Source: Amoebidium appalachense (Eukaryota > Protista > Ichthyosporea). From it: a stretch of 64,000 bases of DNA. The notes below the pieces were generated by a model, which saw nothing but the letters and a program-made list of their open reading frames with translations, was not told where the DNA came from and searched no databases. How positions within the stretch are numbered: the stretch's first letter is position 1; each line of letters starts with the position of its first letter. The position numbers and the translations under genes are program-made. Location: positions 3,438,159 to 3,502,158 of the forward strand of contig CAVNZM010000007.1 of NCBI GenBank assembly GCA_963693365.1, read 5' to 3'. Shown here one piece after another: positions 35,087 to 46,224 of this stretch.

Positions 35087-36449
35087 TTTATCCTTCTTCT
35101 TCTGGAATGCTCGGACACTGGGCCCCCAAAAGGGCCTCCCCCCCGGGACACTCGACGATAAAATCAGCTACATACAACAACAGACAAACAACCACACGTT
35201 TACAGTGATTTGCGAAACACAGTTTAAAAACCACCACAAATTCAACTCTACATTGGTCGACACATCCACACACCCCGGTTACGCGAAAAACCGAGGCATT
35301 ATTGTACTTGCCGCACCACACGTGAGAGTGAAGTGCAAACCGGTAGCAAAAACGGAATTCTCGGTTTCTATAGAGTTTCTTTCTAATGTTTTTACTTTTG
35401 TATATTACCCACCATCTATGTCGGTTGTCGAATTGACTCACAAGTTGTCACAGTTACCAATGTCCACTGTTATTTTAGGTGATTTTAACACGCGACTCCA
35501 CCACACAGACACACTGCAAGTGAGTGTCGGGTACCCATCTAAGCCCCCGGAGCGTGCTATCCCTTTAGCAAGGTATGTCCAAAGTCACACTTTGCGGTTC
35601 CCTCAAATATCCCATGCCCACAACACCGACTGGGGAGTGGCCTTTTGGCCATCAACCATGTCAAAACTCTCTCTCCCTCCTAACCTCTCTAGGTCATCTG
35701 ACCACTCTCCTATCCTTTTCCTACCTAAGATCTCCCTTGATCTGCTCCCCCCTCCCCCTCCCACCTTTCGCCTCCGTCTATCCCAGCTTAAGTCACAGTG
35801 GGGTAGAGTTGATGTATGTGTATGCTATGCTACGAAACACCCTATATATATGCGCCTATTAGAATCTGCACAAGCCAGGCCAGATTCACATCTCGTACTA
35901 GATACATGCACTAACTTTATTGTTGATGATTTGATAGATCTCGGTGATTATGCTGGCGGTGGTAGGAAGGAATATCCCGATGCTCTCTTGTTACCAAACA
36001 CCACTCCCGCTAGACTAGGTGAACCCCTGTCTCAAAAGGAAAGCTTGCGCCGGCTTGCTAGTATGAATCGATTTGGCCCCCCTGCTCGTATTATTGGTGA
36101 TACCACTGGAGACCCCCTCATAGACTCTGATAAGTATTTCTCGGAACTGTTTAAAGATAGGACCCCCGCTCAGAAACCTATTGTGTGGCCTGTAGACCCA
36201 TCTATCCCCATAGAATCGATCCTCCCCTTTTTCAGTCCCGATGCCATATGGTCTGTGATATCTAGTTATAGCTCTAGTAAGTCTTGTGGACCTGATGGAC
36301 TCCCTGCTGGGTTTCCACATCGATTCAGTCGCACACATCGATTCAGTCGCACACATCGATTCAGTCGCACACATCGATTCAGTCGCACACATCGATTCAG
36401 TCGCACACATCGATTCAAATGTCGCTCTTTATTATCTGCTAATAAATAG
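35079..36449 (+). pseudogene. Truncated LINE ORF2 (endonuclease only) reading into the 5'UTR repeats of the next unit
   Basis: Identical to 37700 onward up to GPDGLPAGF, then (HRFSRT)n. Confidence 0.85.
36316..36418 (+). promoter_or_regulatory. LINE 5'UTR 18-bp monomer array (ACATCGATTCAGTCGCAC x ~5.5), putative internal promoter; duplicate at 33695-33797
   Basis: Tandem monomers at the element 5' end, each containing an Inr-like TCAGT. Function is inferred. Confidence 0.5.
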
Positions 36450-36522
36450 TATCCTTCGCGCATCCACCCCTAAACCAGGCCATCCGTGGCCCTAAGGGCC
36501 GGGGAACACCCCCATCCATGTC

Positions 36523-37707
36523 ATGGCACATGCCTATAATCGTTTCAGAACCTCTTTCAAAGTTCCATCTACACCCATCACACATGTGCGACCATTAAAA
36601 CGTCCAGCAGATACACCTACCACAGATGCACAACCAGAAAAACATCGCCTTAGACTAAGCGCAACACCTATTTACAATACACTACCCATTCAGAATAACA
36701 CCACACCACTCCGTAGAAACACAATAACAACCATGCCGAAACTTTCGGTTGATACAGTACTGGCAGAACTTGCCCTCGTTAAGAAACAGCTAAATGAGCT
36801 GTTACCACTCAAGAACATGATAGAAAAACTCCAAACAGAAAATACCCAACTCAAGCTCACCATTGATTCACTCACAGCCCAGCTAAACATTAGTGGATCG
36901 CAAAACCCCAAAACTCATGAGCAAACATCTCGCGACGGAGACATTTCCACCCCAACACAAAACAACACAGGACCGGAAGCACAGCTCCCGGCAGAGTTCC
37001 TAGAATATGCGAACTCTCGTAAAACACCCGAGCTCCGCCAAATTGCCAAGGAAACATATGCCAGCATTCTTGCAGGCAACGAGTACCGCCGCAACTCCCC
37101 TCCCAAACCGCCGGCTAAGGGGAACACCCAAGCAAACGGTAACATCAACATCCCACCCAAATACGAGAGGGTGTATTTCAAAGTCAAGCACGGCAGACGC
37201 CCACACAGGGCCATGTGGTCCATCTTCAAGGCTCTCGGCTTCCGGTGCTCTCGCATCCTTTGTCTGTCCTTCATTGGATACGATGTGCTGGAAGTAGCAG
37301 TACGGGGCGACTATAACCGTGCGTTCATCCGTGACGCGACAAAGGGGTGTGGAAGCTTCTTCACCCACCTCCCAAGCTACGACCCATGCGCGCCGGAAAA
37401 CATTCAGAAAGCAGACAAAGAACGTAAAGTGTCTGCTAAGAATGCGTGCGCCACACGTTGTCGTGTACGCATCAGCAAGGCAAAAGAGTTCCTCGCAAAG
37501 TTGGAAAACGATGCTACGAGCGTGATAGACACGGACACGAAGGAACCAATGTTTTCTGGTGAGAAACTGCTCGAGCGCAAACGCCGATGCGAGATGGAAA
37601 TCGAGCTCTTCTGCGAACTGTTCGCGCTGGCGGAAGGTCGTGCATACGACCCCGTAAGCGACAAGTGGGAACCAACCCCACAGGTGTCGGACCAAACCGA
37701 TGCCTAA
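36523..37707 (+). CDS. LINE ORF1 protein (copy 2)
   Basis: 394-aa intact ORF upstream of ORF2. Confidence 0.87.
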   Translation: MAHAYNRFRTSFKVPSTPITHVRPLKRPADTPTTDAQPEKHRLRLSATPIYNTLPIQNNTTPLRRNTITTMPKLSVDTVLAELALVKKQLNELLPLKNMIEKLQTENTQLKLTIDSLTAQLNISGSQNPKTHEQTSRDGDISTPTQNNTGPEAQLPAEFLEYANSRKTPELRQIAKETYASILAGNEYRRNSPPKPPAKGNTQANGNINIPPKYERVYFKVKHGRRPHRAMWSIFKALGFRCSRILCLSFIGYDVLEVAVRGDYNRAFIRDATKGCGSFFTHLPSYDPCAPENIQKADKERKVSAKNACATRCRVRISKAKEFLAKLENDATSVIDTDTKEPMFSGEKLLERKRRCEMEIELFCELFALAEGRAYDPVSDKWEPTPQVSDQTDA

Positions 37708-40700
37708 TTTATCCTTCTTCTTCTGGAATGCTCGGACACTGGGCCCCCAAAAGGGCCTCCCCCCCGGGACACTCGACGATAAAATCAGCTACATACAACA
37801 ACAGACAAACAACCACACGTTTACAGTGATTTGCGAAACACAGTTTAAAAACCACCACAAATTCAACTCTACATTGGTCGACACATCCACACACCCCGGT
37901 TACGCGAAAAACCGAGGCATTATTGTACTTGCCGCACCACACGTGAGAGTGAAGTGCAAACCGGTAGCAAAAACGGAATTCTCGGTTTCTATAGAGTTTC
38001 TTTCTAATGTTTTTACTTTTGTATATTACCCACCATCTATGTCGGTTGTCGAATTGACTCACAAGTTGTCACAGTTACCAATGTCCACTGTTATTTTAGG
38101 TGATTTTAACACGCGACTCCACCACACAGACACACTGCAAGTGAGTGTCGGGTACCCATCTAAGCCCCCGGAGCGTGCTATCCCTTTAGCAAGGTATGTC
38201 CAAAGTCACACTTTGCGGTTCCCTCAAATATCCCATGCCCACAACACCGACTGGGGAGTGGCCTTTTGGCCATCAACCATGTCAAAACTCTCTCTCCCTC
38301 CTAACCTCTCTAGGTCATCTGACCACTCTCCTATCCTTTTCCTACCTAAGATCTCCCTTGATCTGCTCCCCCCTCCCCCTCCCACCTTTCGCCTCCGTCT
38401 ATCCCAGCTTAAGTCACAGTGGGGTAGAGTTGATGTATGTGTATGCTATGCTACGAAACACCCTATATATATGCGCCTATTAGAATCTGCACAAGCCAGG
38501 CCAGATTCACATCTCGTACTAGATACATGCACTAACTTTATTGTTGATGATTTGATAGATCTCGGTGATTATGCTGGCGGTGGTAGGAAGGAATATCCCG
38601 ATGCTCTCTTGTTACCAAACACCACTCCCGCTAGACTAGGTGAACCCCTGTCTCAAAAGGAAAGCTTGCGCCGGCTTGCTAGTATGAATCGATTTGGCCC
38701 CCCTGCTCGTATTATTGGTGATACCACTGGAGACCCCCTCATAGACTCTGATAAGTATTTCTCGGAACTGTTTAAAGATAGGACCCCCGCTCAGAAACCT
38801 ATTGTGTGGCCTGTAGACCCATCTATCCCCATAGAATCGATCCTCCCCTTTTTCAGTCCCGATGCCATATGGTCTGTGATATCTAGTTATAGCTCTAGTA
38901 AGTCTTGTGGACCTGATGGACTCCCTGCTGGGTTTCTTAAAATCCTTGTTCCCTCCTACCCACAAAAGGAAAGTGATCGTGCTATTAAACCTGATCTTAC
39001 TATCATGTTAAGCTCTCTCTTTTCTTGGTGTGTTAAATGTGGACATGTCCCGTCATCTTGGTTAGATACCTTAGTGATCCCCATAGTTAAGAAGGACTCT
39101 GAGGGCCCCATATCATCCTTTCGCCCCATTACACTAACCCAGGTTGTTCGTAGATTCTTTGAAGCTTGCTTACTTAGGTTATTTGCACATCACCCTAGGT
39201 TTCAATCTATTCTTCACATACACCCATGCCAATCCGCTTTTCGTAAAAACAATTCATGTTATGTTCAAATAATGGCACTGCACGATTCTATGCAAGTTGG
39301 TGCACAATATGTTGGCTTTATTGATTGGAAAACTGCTTACGATTCTGTCTCCCCTGGTCTCCTATGGGAAAAGCTTGCTGCACGGGGTGTACCACACTGC
39401 ATTGGTGTTCTGTTAGAAGCACTCTTGTCTCAAACCTATGGTAGAGCTGTGGTTAATGGGCATCTTTCATATGGTTTTGCTCGTACTAGAGGTCTCTTGC
39501 AGGGTTCATTGCTTAGCCCCTTTTTGTTTAACCTATTTATAGATGATTTGGCTGTCAAGATTTACGCCGAAAACGATGACCCTATTAATAACTTTCCGCC
39601 TGCACTTCTCTATGCTGATGATCTGTCCCTCCTTGCCCGTACCCCTAGACGCCTGCAAAGATTGTTCGATGTAGTGTCAGAGTGGTGCAAGGCAAACCTT
39701 ATGATCCTTAACATAGACAAATGTGGTGTTCTTGTACCTGATATAGCTAACAATTTACACACATTTACATTATCATCTAAACCTGTACCTATAGTTCCAG
39801 AATACAAATATCTTGGTGTTCCGGTTGATTCTGTTGGTGTTATGTTTCCCCATATGGTCGAAAAGAGGGTAGAGTTGGCTCGTAAGCGGTTAGCTTTCTT
39901 CTCGGCTAATATTTTTAAAGACACACCCCTCCATCCTTCTATTAGACTTACATTTATTCGCACTTTTGTCTTCCCGGCATGTGAATATGGTTTACCCCTT
40001 CTCGCCGCTTGGATCAAGAAAGAGAGAACTAGAGCGCTTAAACCCTTGGCAAATTTCCTTGAAGCAGAAGTTGCCTCCTTTCTATCTAACAACTGTTGTA
40101 AACCTGGGCCTGTAACGCTCTCGATATATGGTCTGGTCCCAATAGCTGCTAGAGTATCCTATCTCGCGCTGAAATTCAATAAGCACATAAGCCGCTTAAA
40201 GAAGTATTTGCCCTCCCACCCTCTCTTCTCTATCCGACCTGTCCCCTCCTCACCTCTCCCCTCTTTCCTCCCCTCTCTCTCCCCTTCTCCCCTGGGCACA
40301 AATACAAATAAACCCCGCAATAGTGTGTGTGTGACTTTGGACTGCCACTTACTTATTAAACATGTACACAATCACAAGATAATCACGCAATATAACAAAT
40401 GGAAAAAGATACCACACGACACTAGACCCGATGAAAGCATACACCTTGAAAAACTAAGCCTTATGTTTCGTTTTATATATACTGACCGCCTCAACCATAT
40501 TGCCAAATATGGCACTCGCAAGTGTATAACACCTAAATACATATTACCTTCCTGTAGAACTGGTCTTTCTCTAGCTGATGGTATTATTGATCAATTACCA
40601 CGCTTTTACTGTACACGTGCTATACAGTGGAGATCTAATAAGTATAAGGTGGCATCATTTGCATGCCCAAACAACACACACACACACCAGTTTAACCGGT

Positions 40701-40894
40701 CATGTATCGCCAAATGTAGTTTGATAGACCACATAATACCGCAACACACACACGTCACATTCACAACAGACACCCAGAAAGATAGCCTACCTGTAAATTA
40801 CAACATCCTTGATTTTATACTAAACACGCGTAACTACGACCTGTTTATTAGATGTATTGATTGGCTTGAGAAACACATCACTACAAAATTATAG
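37700..40894 (+). CDS. LINE ORF2: apurinic-type endonuclease + reverse transcriptase (1064 aa, intact)
   Basis: WNAR, ICETQ, VYYPP, GDFN, SDH (APE); FRPITL, DWKTAYDSV, GLLQGSLLSPFLFNLFIDDL, YADD, YKYLGV (RT); Cys/His-rich C-terminus. Confidence 0.95.
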   Translation: MPNLSFFFWNARTLGPQKGLPPGTLDDKISYIQQQTNNHTFTVICETQFKNHHKFNSTLVDTSTHPGYAKNRGIIVLAAPHVRVKCKPVAKTEFSVSIEFLSNVFTFVYYPPSMSVVELTHKLSQLPMSTVILGDFNTRLHHTDTLQVSVGYPSKPPERAIPLARYVQSHTLRFPQISHAHNTDWGVAFWPSTMSKLSLPPNLSRSSDHSPILFLPKISLDLLPPPPPTFRLRLSQLKSQWGRVDVCVCYATKHPIYMRLLESAQARPDSHLVLDTCTNFIVDDLIDLGDYAGGGRKEYPDALLLPNTTPARLGEPLSQKESLRRLASMNRFGPPARIIGDTTGDPLIDSDKYFSELFKDRTPAQKPIVWPVDPSIPIESILPFFSPDAIWSVISSYSSSKSCGPDGLPAGFLKILVPSYPQKESDRAIKPDLTIMLSSLFSWCVKCGHVPSSWLDTLVIPIVKKDSEGPISSFRPITLTQVVRRFFEACLLRLFAHHPRFQSILHIHPCQSAFRKNNSCYVQIMALHDSMQVGAQYVGFIDWKTAYDSVSPGLLWEKLAARGVPHCIGVLLEALLSQTYGRAVVNGHLSYGFARTRGLLQGSLLSPFLFNLFIDDLAVKIYAENDDPINNFPPALLYADDLSLLARTPRRLQRLFDVVSEWCKANLMILNIDKCGVLVPDIANNLHTFTLSSKPVPIVPEYKYLGVPVDSVGVMFPHMVEKRVELARKRLAFFSANIFKDTPLHPSIRLTFIRTFVFPACEYGLPLLAAWIKKERTRALKPLANFLEAEVASFLSNNCCKPGPVTLSIYGLVPIAARVSYLALKFNKHISRLKKYLPSHPLFSIRPVPSSPLPSFLPSLSPSPLGTNTNKPRNSVCVTLDCHLLIKHVHNHKIITQYNKWKKIPHDTRPDESIHLEKLSLMFRFIYTDRLNHIAKYGTRKCITPKYILPSCRTGLSLADGIIDQLPRFYCTRAIQWRSNKYKVASFACPNNTHTHQFNRSCIAKCSLIDHIIPQHTHVTFTTDTQKDSLPVNYNILDFILNTRNYDLFIRCIDWLEKHITTKL

Positions 40895-40898
40895 CGCA

Positions 40899-40965
<67 letters not shown>

Positions 40966-40997
40966 CCAGCTGATACCGAGTGTCCCGAGGGGAGCCC

Positions 40998-41054
<57 letters not shown>

Positions 41055-42522
41055 GGGGAACCCCAACTAATTGATTTCTCCTTGTAGTCTTTATGGTGTC
41101 TCGTAGAGAAAGTAAACCCTGATATATAGTCACCACCCGACATCTATGTACGTGATCATGATATACCGCTGAGGGGATATTCCGAGCAAAACCCCCCCCC
41201 CCCATACCTGAGACTGGTTCTCTTTGCCTCGAGTAAACAGCGTAAACCCCACATCATATATCATGCAGCATGTGTTACTTTCGCGTTATTGGTTTCCTAG
41301 CACGAGATATTCAGCACACAGTTGGGGTTGTGGGGGCAGTGTACACCTACAATATCAGGGGTACCGCGTGGCAAAAACACCCCCCCAGGGGGGGGGGGGG
41401 GGGGGGGGTCACGCGTGCGATGGTGCACTAGTTATTACGTCAACTAGGCAGGGTATAGCATCAACTTTATTATATGTGCTGCTGAGTTTCTTTGGTTGTA
41501 CACCCGTCACCAGTCAATTTATTGGTGTTGGCGCCCACCTATGACACCACCTCGGAAGACTGGGGTCACGTGGAGGACACGTAACTATAGTCTGATAGTT
41601 GTGACTAAGGGTACCGCTAAGGGCACCAAGCTGATGCACGCGCGCGCGCGAGCCGAAATCTATTTTTATCTTTTCCCTAATCAGGCGCGGCGGTTACTAA
41701 ACCGAACTATAGCAAATAGCAAATAGTGATTGGCTAAACCCAATCCGGTTTGCAATTTTTTGTCCGTACATTAAGCCTGTACGCACGTTGTTTGCTCCAT
41801 TTCTTTTCCCCCTTCCCGCAGGTCCGCAGTTCCGCAGGTCCCTTCCCGCAGGTCGCCTGGTCGCAGTTCCCTTCCCGCAGGTCGCCTGGTCACAGGTCCC
41901 CTCCGCAGGTCGCGCAGCCACCGTGCTGAATGGTTTCGACCATGCTGCATGCTGAAGCATCTTCGCCTAACGGCTGAAAGGCCGTTTGAAGGTTAGTTTT
42001 GTGTTGCCTGCTTTTGTGCATATGGCGTTTGTCTCGTCTGGTCTGTGTCCGTGCCTGTGATTATATCTGTGTCTGTGTCTGTGTCTGTGTGCGTGTGTGT
42101 TTATGTGTGTGTGTGTGCGTGCGTGTGCGTGTGTTCTGCTGGCTGCAGATGCACGTTGCCTTTTCACGTTCATGAACCAGCGACTGTGGGCACTACTTTT
42201 CCTGTTAGCACTATAGCTATCATCCCCTCCACCAGTCGTTCAAGCTATTTTCTGCTTCTCTAGACTTCATAAGTTTGTGCTTTTGTCTTTCAGCACAACG
42301 TACGCGTGTTTCACATGTTAGCATTTAGTGTTATTCATTCATTCTAAACCCCCCCCCCCCCCCCCCCAAACACACACACACACTCACTCACTCACTTCCC
42401 CACCCACACATACAAAAAAACACACACCAAAAGCCCCTCCCATCCCCCCCCCTCCCCCCTCCCCCCCCACCTTCCAAAAAACTGTCAAATGCCTCCATGC
42501 CCACCAACACAGATGTTCCAGG

Positions 42523-42786
42523 TTGCCCCTGTCAATGCCGCCGACCCCGACAAGTTGGCAGACCAGGTTAGGTGCCGCAAGAAGACGTGGGAGGGGTGGT
42601 TGGTGGAGGTTCAAGTTGAGTGCAACAACCATCCCTGTGGCCACATGTACAGCGTCGATCCGGTGAGGGGCAACCCATGGGGCAACTCCGCCCTTCACCG
42701 CATCATGTGCATGTCCCCCATCAACGGCTCCTACATCAAGAACCGCCTCAGCAGCTTCAAGACACTAAACGTTTGTGCCCATTCCC

Positions 42787-42817
<31 letters not shown>

Positions 42818-42929
42818 ACCACACCCCAATCAAAGACGAAATCTTCTCATGCTGCTTTTTTTAACATGCTTATTCATGTTTAATGTTGTTGTTCTTCCTT
42901 ATTGGTTCATTCTTAATGCACTGTGACCC

Positions 42930-42962
<33 letters not shown>

Positions 42963-44340
42963 CCACTCCCTCCCTCCCACCTCCCCCTGTTGTCCCACGT
43001 ACGAATCACCAACACATAACCACACAAGACATCAAATCCTTATCACTCAGAGAAACGGTACATGCATGGTTATCCAGTATCCATTCAGCTTCCCACTTCC
43101 TCAAGTCATTTCAGATTTTTCATTGTCGAATTCGGTTTTATTTGCTGCTAATGGAGAATACCCCCTTTCCTCATCACCACATACACACATGCTTACGTGT
43201 ACGTACACGCAACACACACACCAACACCCACACAGGAGTTTCAAAAGGCGTTGCCCGAGCCTTCAGCTTCATGCTCCACACATTTGAGTGCGGACTGCGG
43301 GATCCAATGGCCCACAAGTCTGCCACTCAGATTTCGTGGTCAGCTGTGAAGTATGGAGCTGACATGCCTGACTACGAGGGTGGTGCTCGGCCATCAGAGA
43401 TCAGCAAGGTAAACAACTACCCCCCCCCCCCCCTTTCGTCCTCCCTGAGGATGGGCTCTGCTTATGACGCATACTGTGCACATGGCTGATGTTGCGTGCT
43501 TGAATGTTTGCCTTTGCATGTGTCCTGCACCATGCTTCTCATCGTGTATGCGTATTTCGTACCGTATTCTGCATTCAAACCCCCCCCCCCCCCCCCCCCA
43601 TCATTGTGTTTTAGCTCCCGTCTGAAAGACAACGTATTGATATCGAAATGATGATATTGATGAGTCGTATGTATGGGTTACGTATCATCGTAGTGTTTTA
43701 GGATATCTCCTAAGCATGGGCAAGTATCATCCTATCATGTCATCTTTAGGTTTGGTATGGTAACATTGTGATAGCATTTTTCCCAGGGACATACATGCTC
43801 AGGCTAGCCAGAAAAGTTAAAAACACTCACACAATCTCCTTCTGTCCCAACCCAGTATGCAAAGACCTGGGAAAAGATCTGCAAGGTCCGGGAGAAGGCA
43901 GTCCTCAGCCTGTCAGCAGAAAGGCGATGTGGGTGGGAGGGTTGAGGATGATTAGAATGAGGAGGAATAGGGAAAGACCCCCCCCCCCCCCCCCCCCCGG
44001 AGGGAAAAAAAAAAGAACTAATACTTAGTTTATGTCTCTTTTGGTGTAGTCCCGGCCTCTGCAGGGGGGAGATAGGGGGGAGATGTAGACTTCGTATTTT
44101 ATTTGTGTGATGATGTTTGTTTTGTTTTGTTGGTTTGTTTGTTGGTTTGTTTAGTTTGTTCGGTGAAAGCTGGACTCCTGTGGAGTCTAACAGAGTGAAA
44201 TTGTCTCTACTCCTGTGGAGTGAGACTTAGAAATTTTTAAACATGAACAACTTGTGCGGTCTCTGCTCCAGTGGAGCGAGACATAAAGGAACAACAGTCT
44301 TAATGGTATCTCGTGTACAAATTGTGAAAACGTTAGAAAG
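42523..44340 (+). pseudogene. Intron-containing unknown gene remnant inside the TIR element
   Basis: AG/GT-bounded coding-like exons 42523-42770 (VECNNHPCGH...GNSALHRIMCMSP) and 43236-43408; a probable decayed exon ~44194-44340 with stops. Confidence 0.45.
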
Positions 44341-45140
44341 GTAAGAAGGAAGGGGGGGGGGGGGGGGGGAAGGGAGGGGAGGGGGAGGGAGGGGGAGGGG
44401 GGGAGGGAGGGAGGGGAGGGGAGGGGGGGGGGGGGGGGGGGGGGGAGGGGAGGGGGGGGGCACAACGGTGGTGGTTACTTTTCGTATTATGATATTACGA
44501 CAGCTCGTAATCGTATATTACGATATTCCGTAATATTGTATTTAGTTAGTCATGGTATACTCGTAACATATTATTTGGCTATGCATATGATATCTTATGG
44601 ATGGGCAAAGAGCTGTCGTAATGATGTATACACGACATGCTATATATATACATACGAGTGGTGTACGGGCTCTTATGGAAATGTCTACGACGGTATTATG
44701 GGGGTCGTAATGTACCCCAGGACCAGCCATATGTATATCATATGTATATGGTTGGTAATTCGTAAAATACATCGATGTATATCATATGTCATGGGTTACG
44801 TTGGTATTAAGCCGCTCCTAAACATATACTTAAGATATCCAACGGGATGGGTTTGGATACTCGGATGGTGAAGATTACGATGGGTTTCCGACCCCTCGTA
44901 ACGCTCTCGTATGTATGTTCTATGTATAGTCGTATATATATACATAGGTTATACATTGGATATACATAGGTTATCCTATGTATAGTGCAATGTATATACA
45001 TTGGATATCTTATGTTCAGTGCAATGTATATACATTGGATATCCTATGCATAGTGCAATGTATATACATTGGATATCCTATGTATAGTGCAATGTATATA
45101 CATCGGATATACATAGGATATACATATGACATACGCTTTA

Positions 45141-45335
45141 GGGGGTTTACGCTGTTTACTCGAGGCAAAGAGAACCAGTCTCAGGTATGGGGGGGGGGTT
45201 TTGCTCGGAATATCCCCTCAGCGGTATATCATGATCACGTACATAGATGTCGGGTGGTGACTATATATCAGGGTTTACTTTCTCTACGAGACACCATAAA
45301 GACTACAAGGAGAAATCAATTAGTTGGGGTTCCCC

Positions 45336-45384
<49 letters not shown>

Positions 45385-45416
45385 GGGCTCCCCTCGGGAC
45401 ACTCGGTATCAGCTGG

Positions 45417-45489
<73 letters not shown>

Positions 45490-46224
45490 TGCGCTATAAT
45501 TTTGTAGTGATGTGTTTCTCAAGCCAATCAATACATCTAATAAACAGGTCGTAGTTACGCGTGTTTAGTATAAAATCAAGGATGTTGTAATTTACAGGTA
45601 GGCTATCTTTCTGGGTGTCTGTTGTGAATGTGACGTGTGTGTGTTGCGGTATTATGTGGTCTATCAAACTACATTTGGCGATACATGACCGGTTAAACTG
45701 GTGTGTGTGTGTGTTGTTTGGGCATGCAAATGATGCCACCTTATACTTATTAGATCTCCACTGTATAGCACGTGTACAGTAAAAGCGTGGTAATTGATCA
45801 ATAATACCATCAGCTAGAGAAAGACCAGTTCTACAGGAAGGTAATATGTATTTAGGTGTTATACACTTGCAAGTGCCATATTTGGCAATATGGTTGAGGC
45901 GGTCAGTATATATAAAACGAGACATAAGGCTTAGTTTTTCAAGGTGTATGCTTTCATCGGGTCTAGTGTCGTGTGGTATCTTTTTCCATTTGTTATATTG
46001 CGTGATTATCTTGTGATTGTGTACATGTTTAATAAGTAAGTGGCAGTCCAAAGTCACACACACACTATTGCGGGGTTTATTTGTATTTGTGCCCAGGGGA
46101 GAAGGGGAGAGAGAGGGGAGGAAAGGGAGAGAGAGGGGAGGAAAGGGGAGAGAGAGGGGAGGAAAGGGAGAGAGAGGGGAGGAAAGGGGAGAGAGAGGGG
46201 AGGAAAGAGAGAGAGGGGAGGAAA
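45141..46224 (-). mobile_element. 5'-truncated copy of the same LINE, including poly(A) and the 3' tail
   Basis: Reverse complement of ~40265-41250; flanked by direct repeat GCTTTA (45135-45140 / 46225-46230). Confidence 0.92.

Larger units (their letters stand above)
33403..41250 (+). mobile_element. Non-LTR retrotransposon (APE + RT LINE) with a 5' partial tandem duplication, internal poly(A) and a structured 3' tail
   Basis: Inverted tail fragment 33403-33493, ORF2 fragment 33494-33694, unit 1 33695-36315 (3' truncated), full unit from 36316, (CA)n, A-run 41002-41053, tail 41054-41250. Confidence 0.92.

Noticed and set aside
40965-41250. Self-cleaving ribozyme in the LINE 3' region
   Set aside because: No complete hammerhead (CUGANGA...GAAA) or HDV topology could be identified by eye; only generic stems are supported.
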